Virus record (IMG/VR): IMGVR_UViG_3300035696_001394
Direction: 5' to 3' (one strand)
Length of the DNA: 64,000 bases
DNA from: an uncultured virus (IMG/VR IMGVR_UViG_3300035696_001394)
Lineage: Duplodnaviria; Heunggongvirae; Uroviricota; Caudoviricetes
The number at the start of each line of letters is the position of its first letter. Position 1 is the first letter of the stretch. Below the pieces are notes generated by a model. The model was not told the DNA's origin, did not search any database, and worked only from the letters and a program-made list of their open reading frames with translations. Both the position numbers and the translations under genes were made by a program. Below are positions 31,207-39,685 of the stretch, in pieces.

Positions 31207-31515
31207 CTAGACCCGCTCCCACCGTCCGTCGACCAGCTCCTCGACGGTGAGACGCTCGGCGAGCCACGCCTGCCTGTCGCCGCCGTAGTCGTCCAGCGTC
31301 ATGCGCGAGACCCAGACACGGTGCTTGCCGTCATCGTAGACGAGGTTGTCGAAGTGCCCGCTGTCGAGCACCGGGTGGTGGCGCCAGAACTCGTAGCCGT
31401 GCGACTTCAGCGATGCCGCCGTCTGCGCGGGAACGGGATGCGCCGAGCTGCGACGGATGCGCGTGCGCTTCGCGTGTCCGTATCGTCGTGAGAGTGCTCG
31501 TCCTCGTCGCTTCAT
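31207..31515 (-). CDS. RRYG-leader protein
   Basis: MKRRGRALSRRYG. Confidence 0.8.
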   Translation of the reverse strand: MKRRGRALSRRYGHAKRTRIRRSSAHPVPAQTAASLKSHGYEFWRHHPVLDSGHFDNLVYDDGKHRVWVSRMTLDDYGGDRQAWLAERLTVEELVDGRWERV

Positions 31516-31537
31516 GTGGATCAAACCTTTCTCACGC

Positions 31538-32017
31538 TCACCGACCGAGCTTGACGTGCTGTCCGCTCGCCGAGACCTGAAACTGCTCGCCGCGCCTCGC
31601 GATGATCTTGGCCGCGTCCTCGCGCACGAGCGGCAGAAGCGGCGACTTGGGCTTGTAGATCACGAGTTCGAGCGTGTCGAACGGCAAGAACGCCACCTTG
31701 GCGTAGTCACCGTGCTCCTCGCGCGCGCGATCCGCGTAGCTGATGCCACCGGGGTAGACGCCTGCGAACAGACGGTCCGCCAAACCGGCGCGCTCCGTCG
31801 ACCGCGCGTGACCCTTCGGCACCTTGCCGCCGAGGATCTCGATCGTGAAGCGCGCATCCGCCTTCGACATGCCGCCCCGAGCCCGCACGGCCTCGTCGCT
31901 CATCTTGAGCGTCGCGCGCGCGAGCTTCATCTGCGCCTTCTCGTACGAGTTGAGCGGGATCTTCTTGCTCACCCCGTGCCCGTACCGCACCCTGAGCGCC
32001 CGTCCTCGCCGCTTCAT
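31538..32017 (-). CDS. RRYG-leader protein
   Basis: MKRRGRALRVRYG; cargo FAGVYPGGISYADR..EHGDYAKVAFL. Confidence 0.8.
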   Translation of the reverse strand: MKRRGRALRVRYGHGVSKKIPLNSYEKAQMKLARATLKMSDEAVRARGGMSKADARFTIEILGGKVPKGHARSTERAGLADRLFAGVYPGGISYADRAREEHGDYAKVAFLPFDTLELVIYKPKSPLLPLVREDAAKIIARRGEQFQVSASGQHVKLGR

Positions 32018-32289
32018 GTGATGAGCCCTGCCTTCCGCCACGCGCCACGCACGTAGCGCCACTCCTCGGCGTCGAATGTGTCCGCCGAGTCGCCCCACTG
32101 ACCCTCGTACGCCGCGAGGATGCGCCACGCGCGCGCGGCATCGTGGATGTCCTTGAAGCGGCCGAGCACCTTGCGCGTCTCGCTGTAGATCACGTTGCCG
32201 TCCGCGACCGTCCCGTACGCCGTCGTGAACTCGTCGTTGAGCCCGACGTGGAGCGCGCGGCCGTATCGCTGTCGCAGAGCGTGCGTCAT
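32014..32289 (-). CDS. RRYG-leader protein
   Basis: MTHALRQRYG; ATGA overlaps. Confidence 0.75.
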   Translation of the reverse strand: MTHALRQRYGRALHVGLNDEFTTAYGTVADGNVIYSETRKVLGRFKDIHDAARAWRILAAYEGQWGDSADTFDAEEWRYVRGAWRKAGLIT

Positions 32290-32588
32290 GACGCCAGGAA
32301 GCGACGGATCGCCTCTCCCGCCTCGCGCTCGGTGTTGTAGTTCCCGTCGGCCGACGGGTGCTCGATCGCGCCCGGCATCGAACTGCCCGCGACGCGAGGA
32401 TCGTTGAGGCCGAACTTGATCCGACCGCCGGGCGACCACATGAAGAAGCCGCCCCCGCCTTCCCACACGACCACGTTGGGGCCACGGAAGACGACGTTGA
32501 GCCCGGTGGCACCGGCCCCGACGCCGCGACGGCCCCTGCGGCGTCCCGCGCGGCCGTAGCGATGACTGAGTGCGTGACCTCGATTCAT
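32286..32588 (-). CDS. RRYG-leader protein
   Basis: MNRGHALSHRYG. Confidence 0.75.
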   Translation of the reverse strand: MNRGHALSHRYGRAGRRRGRRGVGAGATGLNVVFRGPNVVVWEGGGGFFMWSPGGRIKFGLNDPRVAGSSMPGAIEHPSADGNYNTEREAGEAIRRFLAS

Positions 32589-32590
32589 CT

Positions 32591-32821
32591 TCAGCTCCGG
32601 TGAGGGACGGCCAGGATGTACTCCTGCTTCGCCTTGAACTTGCGCGCGGCCATGATGATCACCGAGCGGGCCTCGGAGATGTTGTGCTGGACTCCCTCGA
32701 AGGGGACCGCACGGTGCGTGTCCGTCGTCTGCGTGCGCGGGTTGTAGATGTGGACGTCCCAGAGCGTCGCCGCCGCGCCCGAGTGCCCGTACCGCCGCCT
32801 GAGAGCTGCCAAGAGGTTCAT
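32591..32821 (-). CDS. RRYG-leader protein
   Basis: MNLLAALRRRYG; TGATG overlap. Confidence 0.75.
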   Translation of the reverse strand: MNLLAALRRRYGHSGAAATLWDVHIYNPRTQTTDTHRAVPFEGVQHNISEARSVIIMAARKFKAKQEYILAVPHRS

Positions 32822-33258
32822 CAGTCCGCGATCTCCGGGATGGTGGACGCGTCGATCATCGCGAGCCACCGGCTGCCGATGATCTTGTTGTGGCTCACGA
32901 TGACGAGTGCGTCGCCCTCGCCGCGATCGACGATCTCGAAGAAGAGCCGATCGTCGATCGTGATCATGTTGTTCTTGATCCAGTCGATCACCATCTGCGT
33001 CGGACGCACGGCCATCGACCGGCCACCGCCGAGCGTCAGGTAGGGACCGATGTAGAGCGTCTCGCGCCGACGACCGTGCGAGCTGCTCGACGCAGGGATG
33101 AGCCCCATGCGCTTCTCGGAGTCCTTGCTCCACGGCTCGGCCGCGTCGAACAGCTCGTGGAAGTTCCTGACCTCGGGGAAAGCCAGCGGCTTCGCCAGGT
33201 AGCCCTTGTAGGCCGCGCGCCCGTAGCGCTTGTGCAGTGCGAGTCCTCGACGCTTCAT
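32821..33258 (-). CDS. RRYG-leader protein
   Basis: MKRRGLALHKRYG. Confidence 0.8.
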   Translation of the reverse strand: MKRRGLALHKRYGRAAYKGYLAKPLAFPEVRNFHELFDAAEPWSKDSEKRMGLIPASSSSHGRRRETLYIGPYLTLGGGRSMAVRPTQMVIDWIKNNMITIDDRLFFEIVDRGEGDALVIVSHNKIIGSRWLAMIDASTIPEIAD

Positions 33259-33341
33259 GACTTCCTCTTGCCGGCAAAGAACTGCCACACGCCCCACGCG
33301 GCGACCAGCACGGCACCCCCGACGACGATGATGGCGGGCAT
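33255..33341 (-). CDS. 28-aa single-TM micro-protein
   Basis: MPAIIVVGGAVLVAAWGVWQFFAGKRKS; overlaps both neighbours (TGATG and ATGA). Confidence 0.6.
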   Translation of the reverse strand: MPAIIVVGGAVLVAAWGVWQFFAGKRKS

Positions 33342-33628
33342 CAGCGGTCCCTCGCTTCTTCCAAGATCGTCAGCGGCGTCTCGCGGAACGAGTTGGAGAA
33401 CTCGTCGAACCACTTGGCGGTGTACACGCCACGCTCGCCGGTCGGCCAGAGCGTCATGTCCTTCGCGCGCGCCCACCCCGCGAACGCGTGCGCCGCCGAG
33501 TTCGAGATCGGCCCCGGACCCGCGTGGTAGAACCGCGTCGGGGTCGCGCCCTTGATACGCGCCACGTAGTGGAACGCCTGCGGGCGTCCCGCGTGACCGT
33601 ACCGGCGGTGCAGCGCGCGATGGCTCAT
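33341..33628 (-). CDS. RRYG-leader protein
   Basis: MSHRALHRRYG. Confidence 0.8.
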   Translation of the reverse strand: MSHRALHRRYGHAGRPQAFHYVARIKGATPTRFYHAGPGPISNSAAHAFAGWARAKDMTLWPTGERGVYTAKWFDEFSNSFRETPLTILEEARDR

Positions 33629-34203
33629 CGAATCTCCGTCGAGAGCTTGCCGGTCTTCTCGTTCTGCCAGAAGCCGACCGCCGGCCCCACTGCGATGACG
33701 TTGAAGTTGCCGGCCCCCAGGTGCGCGCGCGCCTCACGCTGGTTGGTCGCGTGGCAGTAGTCGATGAGCAACTCGTCGCCGCCGTCCTTGGTGTACGCGA
33801 TGGCGTAGAGCGGCTTCTGGCGGTTCCACTGATCGAGGTAGATCGTCCGGTGGAAGTCGCACCCGCCGTGCATGCAGAGCAGGTCGGGCGAGACCTTGCC
33901 GTAGCTGTCGATCGAGTGCGCGACGGGGATCGCCTTGCCGAGCATGCGGCTGACGGCCCGCGCGGCACCCGGCGTCGGCGTGAGGATGAGCAGGTGCGCG
34001 CACCGCGGGCACGCGACCATCGGCACGACCGTCGAGTCGGTGCGGCTGGCGCCACGAACGATCTGCGCGTGCCACGTCCCCTTCTCGGGCCGAAGCCCGA
34101 GCTGACCGTTCGGCGTCCGCATCGTCTCCCACTTCTTGAGGGCGAGCGCGATCGGACGAACGGACATCGAGGCTTGCGTGTGGACGGTGGCGGTGGCGGT
34201 CAT
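33625..34203 (-). CDS. Hypothetical Cys/His (zinc-ribbon-like) protein
   Basis: CPRC ... CMHGGCDFH. Confidence 0.65.
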   Translation of the reverse strand: MTATATVHTQASMSVRPIALALKKWETMRTPNGQLGLRPEKGTWHAQIVRGASRTDSTVVPMVACPRCAHLLILTPTPGAARAVSRMLGKAIPVAHSIDSYGKVSPDLLCMHGGCDFHRTIYLDQWNRQKPLYAIAYTKDGGDELLIDYCHATNQREARAHLGAGNFNVIAVGPAVGFWQNEKTGKLSTEIR

Positions 34204-34214
34204 CTTCGTTGCTC

Positions 34215-34430
34215 TCAGAACTTGATCTTGGTGTGGATTGCAACGCCCCCCGCGGTGTGCGGCGCGTCGTCGTCGGGGAACGTGATCGGGAACGTCTCGC
34301 CGTTGAGATCGTCGACGCCATCGGCGATGACGACGCCCGACGCGGTCATCAGATCACCCTCGTCGTCCGAGCCGCCCGTGATGGGACGGAACTCGGTGCC
34401 GAAGCTCAGTCTTTGCAGATCGCTCTTCAA
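34215..34430 (-). CDS. Small acidic hypothetical protein
   Basis: TTG start overlapping upstream stop; RLSFG then acidic body. Confidence 0.5.
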   Translation of the reverse strand: MKSDLQRLSFGTEFRPITGGSDDEGDLMTASGVVIADGVDDLNGETFPITFPDDDAPHTAGGVAIHTKIKF

Positions 34431-34801
34431 TGGAACCTCACCCCCTTCGACTCCAGCGTCGACTTCAGACGGCGGATTGCGTTCGCCGGGCCGCGAATGT
34501 GCAGCGCGTAGGTCGTCACGTCGCCCGTGCCGTAGTCCATGTGCTCTTCCGAATCGTAGAAGCGCAGCATGTCACCGTGCGCCTGCGCTTCGTCGATGTG
34601 TCCGAGCTTCTCGACCTCACGGACCGCATCACGCAACGTCATGGTCGTATCTTCGAACTCGTAACCGCGATCGGCGACGTCGCCCTCGCGCGCCGACTCC
34701 TCGGACACGACGTCGTAGGTCTTCGCGACGCGGAAGGGCGCGTGAGGCCCCGCTGCCTGTCCCGAACGACCGTACCTGCGGCGAAGAGCGCGATGCTTCA
34801 T
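34427..34801 (-). CDS. RRYG-leader protein
   Basis: MKHRALRRRYG; cargo TYDVVSEESAREGDVADRGYEFE. Confidence 0.8.
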   Translation of the reverse strand: MKHRALRRRYGRSGQAAGPHAPFRVAKTYDVVSEESAREGDVADRGYEFEDTTMTLRDAVREVEKLGHIDEAQAHGDMLRFYDSEEHMDYGTGDVTTYALHIRGPANAIRRLKSTLESKGVRFH

Positions 34802-35358
34802 GACGACCCCTTCACCCGCTTCATGCCGTTCCACTCGTAGACCTCTTCGACGTGGAACGGCTCGGTCCAGGGGATACCGGTGCGCTCGCCGCCCCCAGCG
34901 CTGGCGCGATAGAAGCGCGCCTTGGTGCCGATGGGCCGCGTGAGAAGCTCGGACTCCACACGCGAGCGAGCGCGCGCGAAGTCGTGCGCCCGGAACTCCG
35001 GGCCGCCCTCGACCTTGACGATGAAGCTCCCGCTCACCTGCTCTTCGGCAGCCTCGCGGGCGCGCTGCTTCGCCATGATGCGCCCTTCGCGCTTCAGGTC
35101 GGAGCGCGCGGCGTCGAGCATGCTCCGGGCAGCCTCGCTGTACCCGCGCGGGACGGACCCCGACGAGCGCCACACCGAGATCGTGCCGCGCTCGTTGATC
35201 GTCCCCAGCGTCGTGCCGGCGGGAACCGACCGGCCCGCGGAGCCGACTTCGAGCGGACGCGTAAGCTTGACGACGAAGAGGCCGCCGCTCTGCTCGATAG
35301 CGTACGCGCCGCCCGTCGAGCGGCCGTACCGCTTGCGTAGTGCTCGTCCTCGACGCAT
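34798..35358 (-). CDS. RRYG-leader protein
   Basis: MRRGRALRKRYG. Confidence 0.8.
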   Translation of the reverse strand: MRRGRALRKRYGRSTGGAYAIEQSGGLFVVKLTRPLEVGSAGRSVPAGTTLGTINERGTISVWRSSGSVPRGYSEAARSMLDAARSDLKREGRIMAKQRAREAAEEQVSGSFIVKVEGGPEFRAHDFARARSRVESELLTRPIGTKARFYRASAGGGERTGIPWTEPFHVEEVYEWNGMKRVKGSS

Positions 35359-35364
35359 CTCGCC

Positions 35365-35787
35365 CTACCTCTTCCAGCCCTTGAGGATCGCGCGCTCCGT
35401 CTTGAAGCGCTCGCCCGCCACCGCGTTCCGAATCGCCTCTCGCGTCTGCTCCGGCAACTTGACCGCGCGCGCTTCGGGCGGCAGCCGACTCACGATCCCG
35501 GCCGCGATCGAGTTGTACATCTCGGCGCCCGACGCATCGCCGCGTCCCGCGCACATCATGGCTGTCGCCCGGTTCGAGGCGTAGCCCGCGAGCGAACTCG
35601 CGGCGTTCGTGAAGCCGGGGAACCGCTTGCCGAAAAGGTGCTGCGCGAGGTTCGGCCCGGAGCGGTGGTAGACGGACCAGAACGTCATGAGCCCGTCTTC
35701 GCCGAGGCTGTCCAGCTCGGGGATCGTGCCCGCGCCGCCGGCATGGCCGTACCTGCGACGAAGCGCGTGAACTCGGTGCGTCATCAT
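35365..35787 (-). CDS. RRYG-leader protein
   Basis: MMTHRVHALRRRYG. Confidence 0.8.
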   Translation of the reverse strand: MMTHRVHALRRRYGHAGGAGTIPELDSLGEDGLMTFWSVYHRSGPNLAQHLFGKRFPGFTNAASSLAGYASNRATAMMCAGRGDASGAEMYNSIAAGIVSRLPPEARAVKLPEQTREAIRNAVAGERFKTERAILKGWKR

Positions 35788-36131
35788 GACTCCCGCGCCG
35801 CCTTCATGCGCGCCTCACGCAGCCCCCGCGCTTCGCGCGCGTAGACCTTGAGCTTGTACTCGAACGGCGGGCTCTCCAGCTCTCGCTTGAGCGCCGCGTA
35901 CTCCTCGGGCTTCGCAGCACGCGTCCGACGGATGACGCCCGCGCAGTCGGCGCCGCCGTGCTGACCGACGTGCTGGTAGCTCTGGCACTCGTAGCCCCTG
36001 CGGTCGTACGGGATCGTCGGGAAGAGCGCGATGACATCGCCGCCCTCGCTCTTCGGCCACACGCGGAAGATGACCGGCGTGATGTCGCCGCCTTCCGACT
36101 TGCCGTACCTGCGCTTGAGAGCCTTCGTCAT
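35784..36131 (-). CDS. RRYG-leader protein
   Basis: MTKALKRRYG; cargo PVIFRVW..VIALFP..CQSYQHVGQHG. Confidence 0.8.
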   Translation of the reverse strand: MTKALKRRYGKSEGGDITPVIFRVWPKSEGGDVIALFPTIPYDRRGYECQSYQHVGQHGGADCAGVIRRTRAAKPEEYAALKRELESPPFEYKLKVYAREARGLREARMKAARES

Positions 36132-36141
36132 CTCTTCCTCT

Positions 36142-36426
36142 TCACCGAACGCCCATGGTCTTGAACAGCGACCGTGGCACCCACACACGACGGTTGCCGT
36201 CGGGGAGCGGCACGCCCGCGCCCGCATCTTCGTGGAACGCCTGAATGCGCCAACCCGGCTTCGAAGGCGACGGCGCCAGAACGCGCCCGCCACGACTGCC
36301 GTGCTGCCCGAGCTGCCCCGTGAGCATCTCGTGAGCCTCGGCTTCCGAGCGCGCGGTGTCGGTGTACTGCGTCAGCCACTCGCCGCCACCGGACATGCGG
36401 CCGTACCTCTTGCGGAGCGCACTCAT
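36142..36426 (-). CDS. RRYG-leader protein
   Basis: MSALRKRYG. Confidence 0.75.
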   Translation of the reverse strand: MSALRKRYGRMSGGGEWLTQYTDTARSEAEAHEMLTGQLGQHGSRGGRVLAPSPSKPGWRIQAFHEDAGAGVPLPDGNRRVWVPRSLFKTMGVR

Positions 36427-36728
36427 CGCCGCCCCCTCGCGCGCTTCGCCGCCTTCTCGTCCGCGAGCCGCTCCAACTGCGCCGACCACTGCACCATGTC
36501 GAGCGCGATCTCGTCGGCCGTGAGACCGGCGATCGACAGGAGCTTCTTGTACTTCCGCATGAGCGCGTCCGCGCGCTCCTCGGAGAGCCCCCAACCCCAC
36601 GGCCCGACGGTGTACGCGCCCTCGGGCGCGAGCGGCTTCGTGAGGCGCTCCTTGACCTGCCGGGCGCGCTCCGCCGCCGCAGGGCTCATGCCCGCACGAC
36701 CGTACCGGTGACGAAGAGCGCGGCTCAC
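36423..36728 (-). CDS. RRYG-leader protein
   Basis: (GTG)SRALRHRYG; GTGA overlap. Confidence 0.75.
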   Translation of the reverse strand: MSRALRHRYGRAGMSPAAAERARQVKERLTKPLAPEGAYTVGPWGWGLSEERADALMRKYKKLLSIAGLTADEIALDMVQWSAQLERLADEKAAKRARGRR

Positions 36729-37054
36729 GGGTTGTAGACCTTCCGCAGCTCGACGCGCGTCGCTTCGGGCCCATGGCCCGGCTTCGCCCCCGCCAGCGTC
36801 ATCGGGTGAACGACCTCGCAGCGCAACTCGTGCCCAGCGCGGTTCGCCGCCGAGGGCAGCATGAACACGTGGAAGCTCTTGAACAGATCGTTCGCTTCGA
36901 GGCCGTAGTCGTAGCCGAACTCGTTGGCCTTGCGCTGCGCCTCGTCGCGCGCGGCGAGATACTTCGCGTGCCCCTCGGGCGTGCTACGCCACGCGGTCGG
37001 GTCCTTGCGGACACGACGCGCATGACCGTAGCGGCGGCGGAGAGCACGGTTCAT
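36725..37054 (-). CDS. RRYG-leader protein
   Basis: MNRALRRRYG. Confidence 0.8.
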   Translation of the reverse strand: MNRALRRRYGHARRVRKDPTAWRSTPEGHAKYLAARDEAQRKANEFGYDYGLEANDLFKSFHVFMLPSAANRAGHELRCEVVHPMTLAGAKPGHGPEATRVELRKVYNP

Positions 37055-37057
37055 GGA

Positions 37058-37399
37058 TCAGGGCCTCATGCCCCAGAACGGGAAGCGACGACGACGGCGA
37101 GCGATGATGACGGGAGTCGTCGCCACCACGGGCGCGTGTACCACGGGGACGGCCGTCACGGGATGCGTCGCCGCCGCGAGGTGCGCGGTCGGGTTGGGAA
37201 CGGTCGATGGCGCCGCCGTGATGAGGAGCGGATCGTCGTAGTCGTCGTCGTCCCACCACCCGTAGCCCCACGGACCGCCCCAACCCCAGCCGCCGCCGTA
37301 GCCGTAGAACGGGCCACGCCCGCGACCGCGCCCGCCACGGCCACCGCCGCCGTGACCGCCGCCACCGCCACCACCGCGTCCGAAGACGTCGCCGCTCAT
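37058..37399 (-). CDS. Gly/Arg-rich low-complexity protein
   Basis: MSGDVFGRGGGG..RGGRGRGRG..YGYGGGWG. Confidence 0.55.
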   Translation of the reverse strand: MSGDVFGRGGGGGGGHGGGGRGGRGRGRGPFYGYGGGWGWGGPWGYGWWDDDDYDDPLLITAAPSTVPNPTAHLAAATHPVTAVPVVHAPVVATTPVIIARRRRRFPFWGMRP

Positions 37400-37421
37400 G
37401 ACGTTGATCCCTTTCCCATCT

Positions 37422-37706
37422 TCAGGGGGCCATCCTGCCGCCCCTGCGAGTGACGTCCACTTCACCGAAGAAGCGCGACGCGATGTTGGGGCGCCAGCGC
37501 GACGGAACGACACCGACGGGATCCATGCCGTCGTCGATGTCGAGCACGATGTCGATGTCGTCGTAGACAGGCATCGCGAACCCCTGCCACGGCCAGAGGC
37601 TCCCCCTGTAGCGCGGCCCCCCGGGGTAGTACGGGTGACCGCCGGCATAGGGCAGGCCCATGCGCCCGCCCCCACCACCACTACCGCCGCTACCTCCCAT
37701 GTGCAT
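37422..37706 (-). CDS. Gly-rich small protein
   Basis: [30 protein letters not shown]. Confidence 0.5.
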   Translation of the reverse strand: MHMGGSGGSGGGGGRMGLPYAGGHPYYPGGPRYRGSLWPWQGFAMPVYDDIDIVLDIDDGMDPVGVVPSRWRPNIASRFFGEVDVTRRGGRMAP

Positions 37707-37815
37707 CAGGCAATCTCCTTTCGATGGATGTCCACGCACACCTTGACCGTTCGCACGTTGGGGCGTGCGTCGGTCACGATGACGTGCGAGATGCCGGAGA
37801 GCACGGGAGCGCGCC

Positions 37816-38154
37816 CTACTTCTTCTTGTGGAAGAGCCCCGTGATCTTGTCGTAGACCTTGCCGATGGGGCCGCCCGCGATCTGGTAGCGCTCCGTGAGG
37901 AACCCGATGCCGGCGCCGATGGCAGCGCCGGGAGGGCCACCGACCGCGAGGCCGATGAGCGCGCCCGTGCCGGTGCCCGTCATCACCTTGGGGCTCGTGA
38001 CGGCGAGCTTGACGGAGTGGGTCGCGTGCGGGTCGGTCGCGACCACCGCGTCGGCCTTGGCCTTCTCGGTGGCCTTGTCCTCGGCCTGAGCGGCGAGGGC
38101 AGCGGGGGGAGTCGCCGGAGCGGCGGGGGCAGCGGGAGCGTTGGGGTCAGCCAT
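37816..38154 (-). CDS. Glycine-zipper membrane protein
   Basis: GTGTGALIGLAVGGPPGAAIGAGIG. Confidence 0.75.
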   Translation of the reverse strand: MADPNAPAAPAAPATPPAALAAQAEDKATEKAKADAVVATDPHATHSVKLAVTSPKVMTGTGTGALIGLAVGGPPGAAIGAGIGFLTERYQIAGGPIGKVYDKITGLFHKKK

Positions 38155-38215
38155 GGGAGAACCTGTTTCCTTTCACTACGCCGCCTGGGCGGCAACCGAG
38201 AGCACGATTCCGTTA

Positions 38216-39022
38216 CTACGCAGCCGCCGCGATGGCGGCCTTCGCTGCCGCAGTGGGCAACGAGATGATCGACCAAACCTGCCAGAGCACCATGCCGCCG
38301 ACAGCGAGACCGCCCGTGATGATGAGCGCCTTGCGATGGTCGTAGAACCACTTGAGCGCGCTGAGCATCGAGCCCGGCGGCGGGGGCGCGAGCTGTCCGG
38401 TGATCTTGGCCACGACGTCGAGCGGCTGCGTCGTCTGGAGCACTTGCAGATCGACGTCTTGCGCCACCGGCTGGATCGTCGGCGCCGACTGCATGGCGGT
38501 CGACTGACCTGCCGACGACTGCGCCGCCGAGACGCGCTGGAGCAGCTCGTCGTAGTCGCCCTTCGATGTCGGGCAACCGTCCGGCGGGTAGCACTGCCGG
38601 ATCGCCTTCATGATGTTGTCGAAGGCGTTTTGCGCCGGGATCATCGACGCGGGCAGCGGGTTCCACGAGCTGTCGGAGATGGCCGCCTTGGCGTCACTCG
38701 ACGCCTTGCCGTAACGCGCGGTGAGCGCGCCCATGTCCCTGTCGAAGTCGGCCCACGCGTTCGGGTCGGACGCCTGCCACTGCCCCGAGAACGCGTTGAC
38801 GGACGCGTTGAGCGCCGCCATGCGGGCGTCCCAATTCGCGAGCAAGTCCTTCACCTCGGCGATGGTCTGCTGCCCGTTCACCGTCCCGAAGTCGTCCTCG
38901 ACGTCGTGCCGCACGACGATCGGCTCGAAGTCGGCCTCGACGTCGCCGTCCGTCAAGATGCGCGCGCGCTGACGAGCGCGCGTGCGCGCGTCGAGCTGCG
39001 CGATCATCCGCTCGCCGAGCAT
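38216..39022 (-). CDS. Helical protein with C-terminal TM
   Basis: MLGERMIAQL...; ALIITGGLAVGGMVLW. Confidence 0.65.
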   Translation of the reverse strand: MLGERMIAQLDARTRARQRARILTDGDVEADFEPIVVRHDVEDDFGTVNGQQTIAEVKDLLANWDARMAALNASVNAFSGQWQASDPNAWADFDRDMGALTARYGKASSDAKAAISDSSWNPLPASMIPAQNAFDNIMKAIRQCYPPDGCPTSKGDYDELLQRVSAAQSSAGQSTAMQSAPTIQPVAQDVDLQVLQTTQPLDVVAKITGQLAPPPPGSMLSALKWFYDHRKALIITGGLAVGGMVLWQVWSIISLPTAAAKAAIAAAA

Positions 39023-39024
39023 GC

Positions 39025-39519
39025 TCAAGACGTCACCTGCTTTCGGAACAGGAAACCGATGCCCGCGCCGACCGCACCGACGACGAGCGCCGGCACGAGG
39101 CCGCCTGCCACGAGCCCCAGCGCGAGCCCGAGACCGCCCGTGACGAGAGGCAAGCTCGGGACACCCGTGGGCATCCTGATCGCCGGACCGACCGTCGCCG
39201 TCGAGTTCGGGATCGCCGCGATGGCCGCTCGATACTGCGCGAGCATCTGCCCGATGAGCGTCTTGGCCTGCGCGGCGTCGGTCGCGCCGGCCGTCGGACC
39301 GTTGTTGACCTGCGCGAGCGTGCCGTTGAGCACCCACGCCGCATGTGTCTGCGGCATGCTCGCGCCGTTCGAGGCCGCGTCGATCGACGGGCCCACGACC
39401 GTCGCGCCCGTGTTGCCGGCCCGCTGGTACGCGGAGACGGCCGCACCATAGGCGTTCGCGGTGAGCGACTTGTCGCCCGCCGTGATGTCAGCGTTGAACG
39501 CGGCAACATCGATCGTCAT
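39025..39519 (-). CDS. Ala-rich protein with C-terminal glycine-zipper TM
   Basis: GGLGLALGLVAGG..GAVGAGIG. Confidence 0.7.
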   Translation of the reverse strand: MTIDVAAFNADITAGDKSLTANAYGAAVSAYQRAGNTGATVVGPSIDAASNGASMPQTHAAWVLNGTLAQVNNGPTAGATDAAQAKTLIGQMLAQYRAAIAAIPNSTATVGPAIRMPTGVPSLPLVTGGLGLALGLVAGGLVPALVVGAVGAGIGFLFRKQVTS

Positions 39520-39530
39520 GACAGCCTCGA

Positions 39531-39641
39531 TTACCGCTTGCTCTTGCGGTGCCCGTGACCGTGCTTCTTGTGCCGCGCCATGCCGAAGCGCTTGCGGAGT
39601 GCCGCCGGGAGAAGCTTCTTGAGGGAGTCCTTGATCGCCAT
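39531..39641 (-). CDS. 36-aa basic His/Lys-rich peptide with ALRKRFG leader variant (absent from ORF track)
   Basis: Hand translation MAIKDSLKKLLPAALRKRFGMARHKKHGHGHRKSKR; GAGG RBS. Confidence 0.7.
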   Translation of the reverse strand: MAIKDSLKKLLPAALRKRFGMARHKKHGHGHRKSKR

Positions 39642-39685
39642 GATGAGACCTCTGTCACCTTTCTACGCCGAAACGTGGGGTTGAG

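Noticed and set aside
23664..37054. RR-containing leader as a Tat signal peptide
   Set aside because: It lacks the S/T-R-R-x-F-L-K consensus, and no hydrophobic h-region follows the arginines.
23664..37054. Small-gene array as integron cassettes or a DNA-level repeat array
   Set aside because: Genes overlap or abut with no room for attC sites, no integrase is in the window, and the motif varies at synonymous positions.
37706..37805. Possible 32-aa ORF (MLSGISHVIVTDARPNVRTVKVCVDIHRKEIA)
   Set aside because: It fills a gap but is too short and featureless to support.
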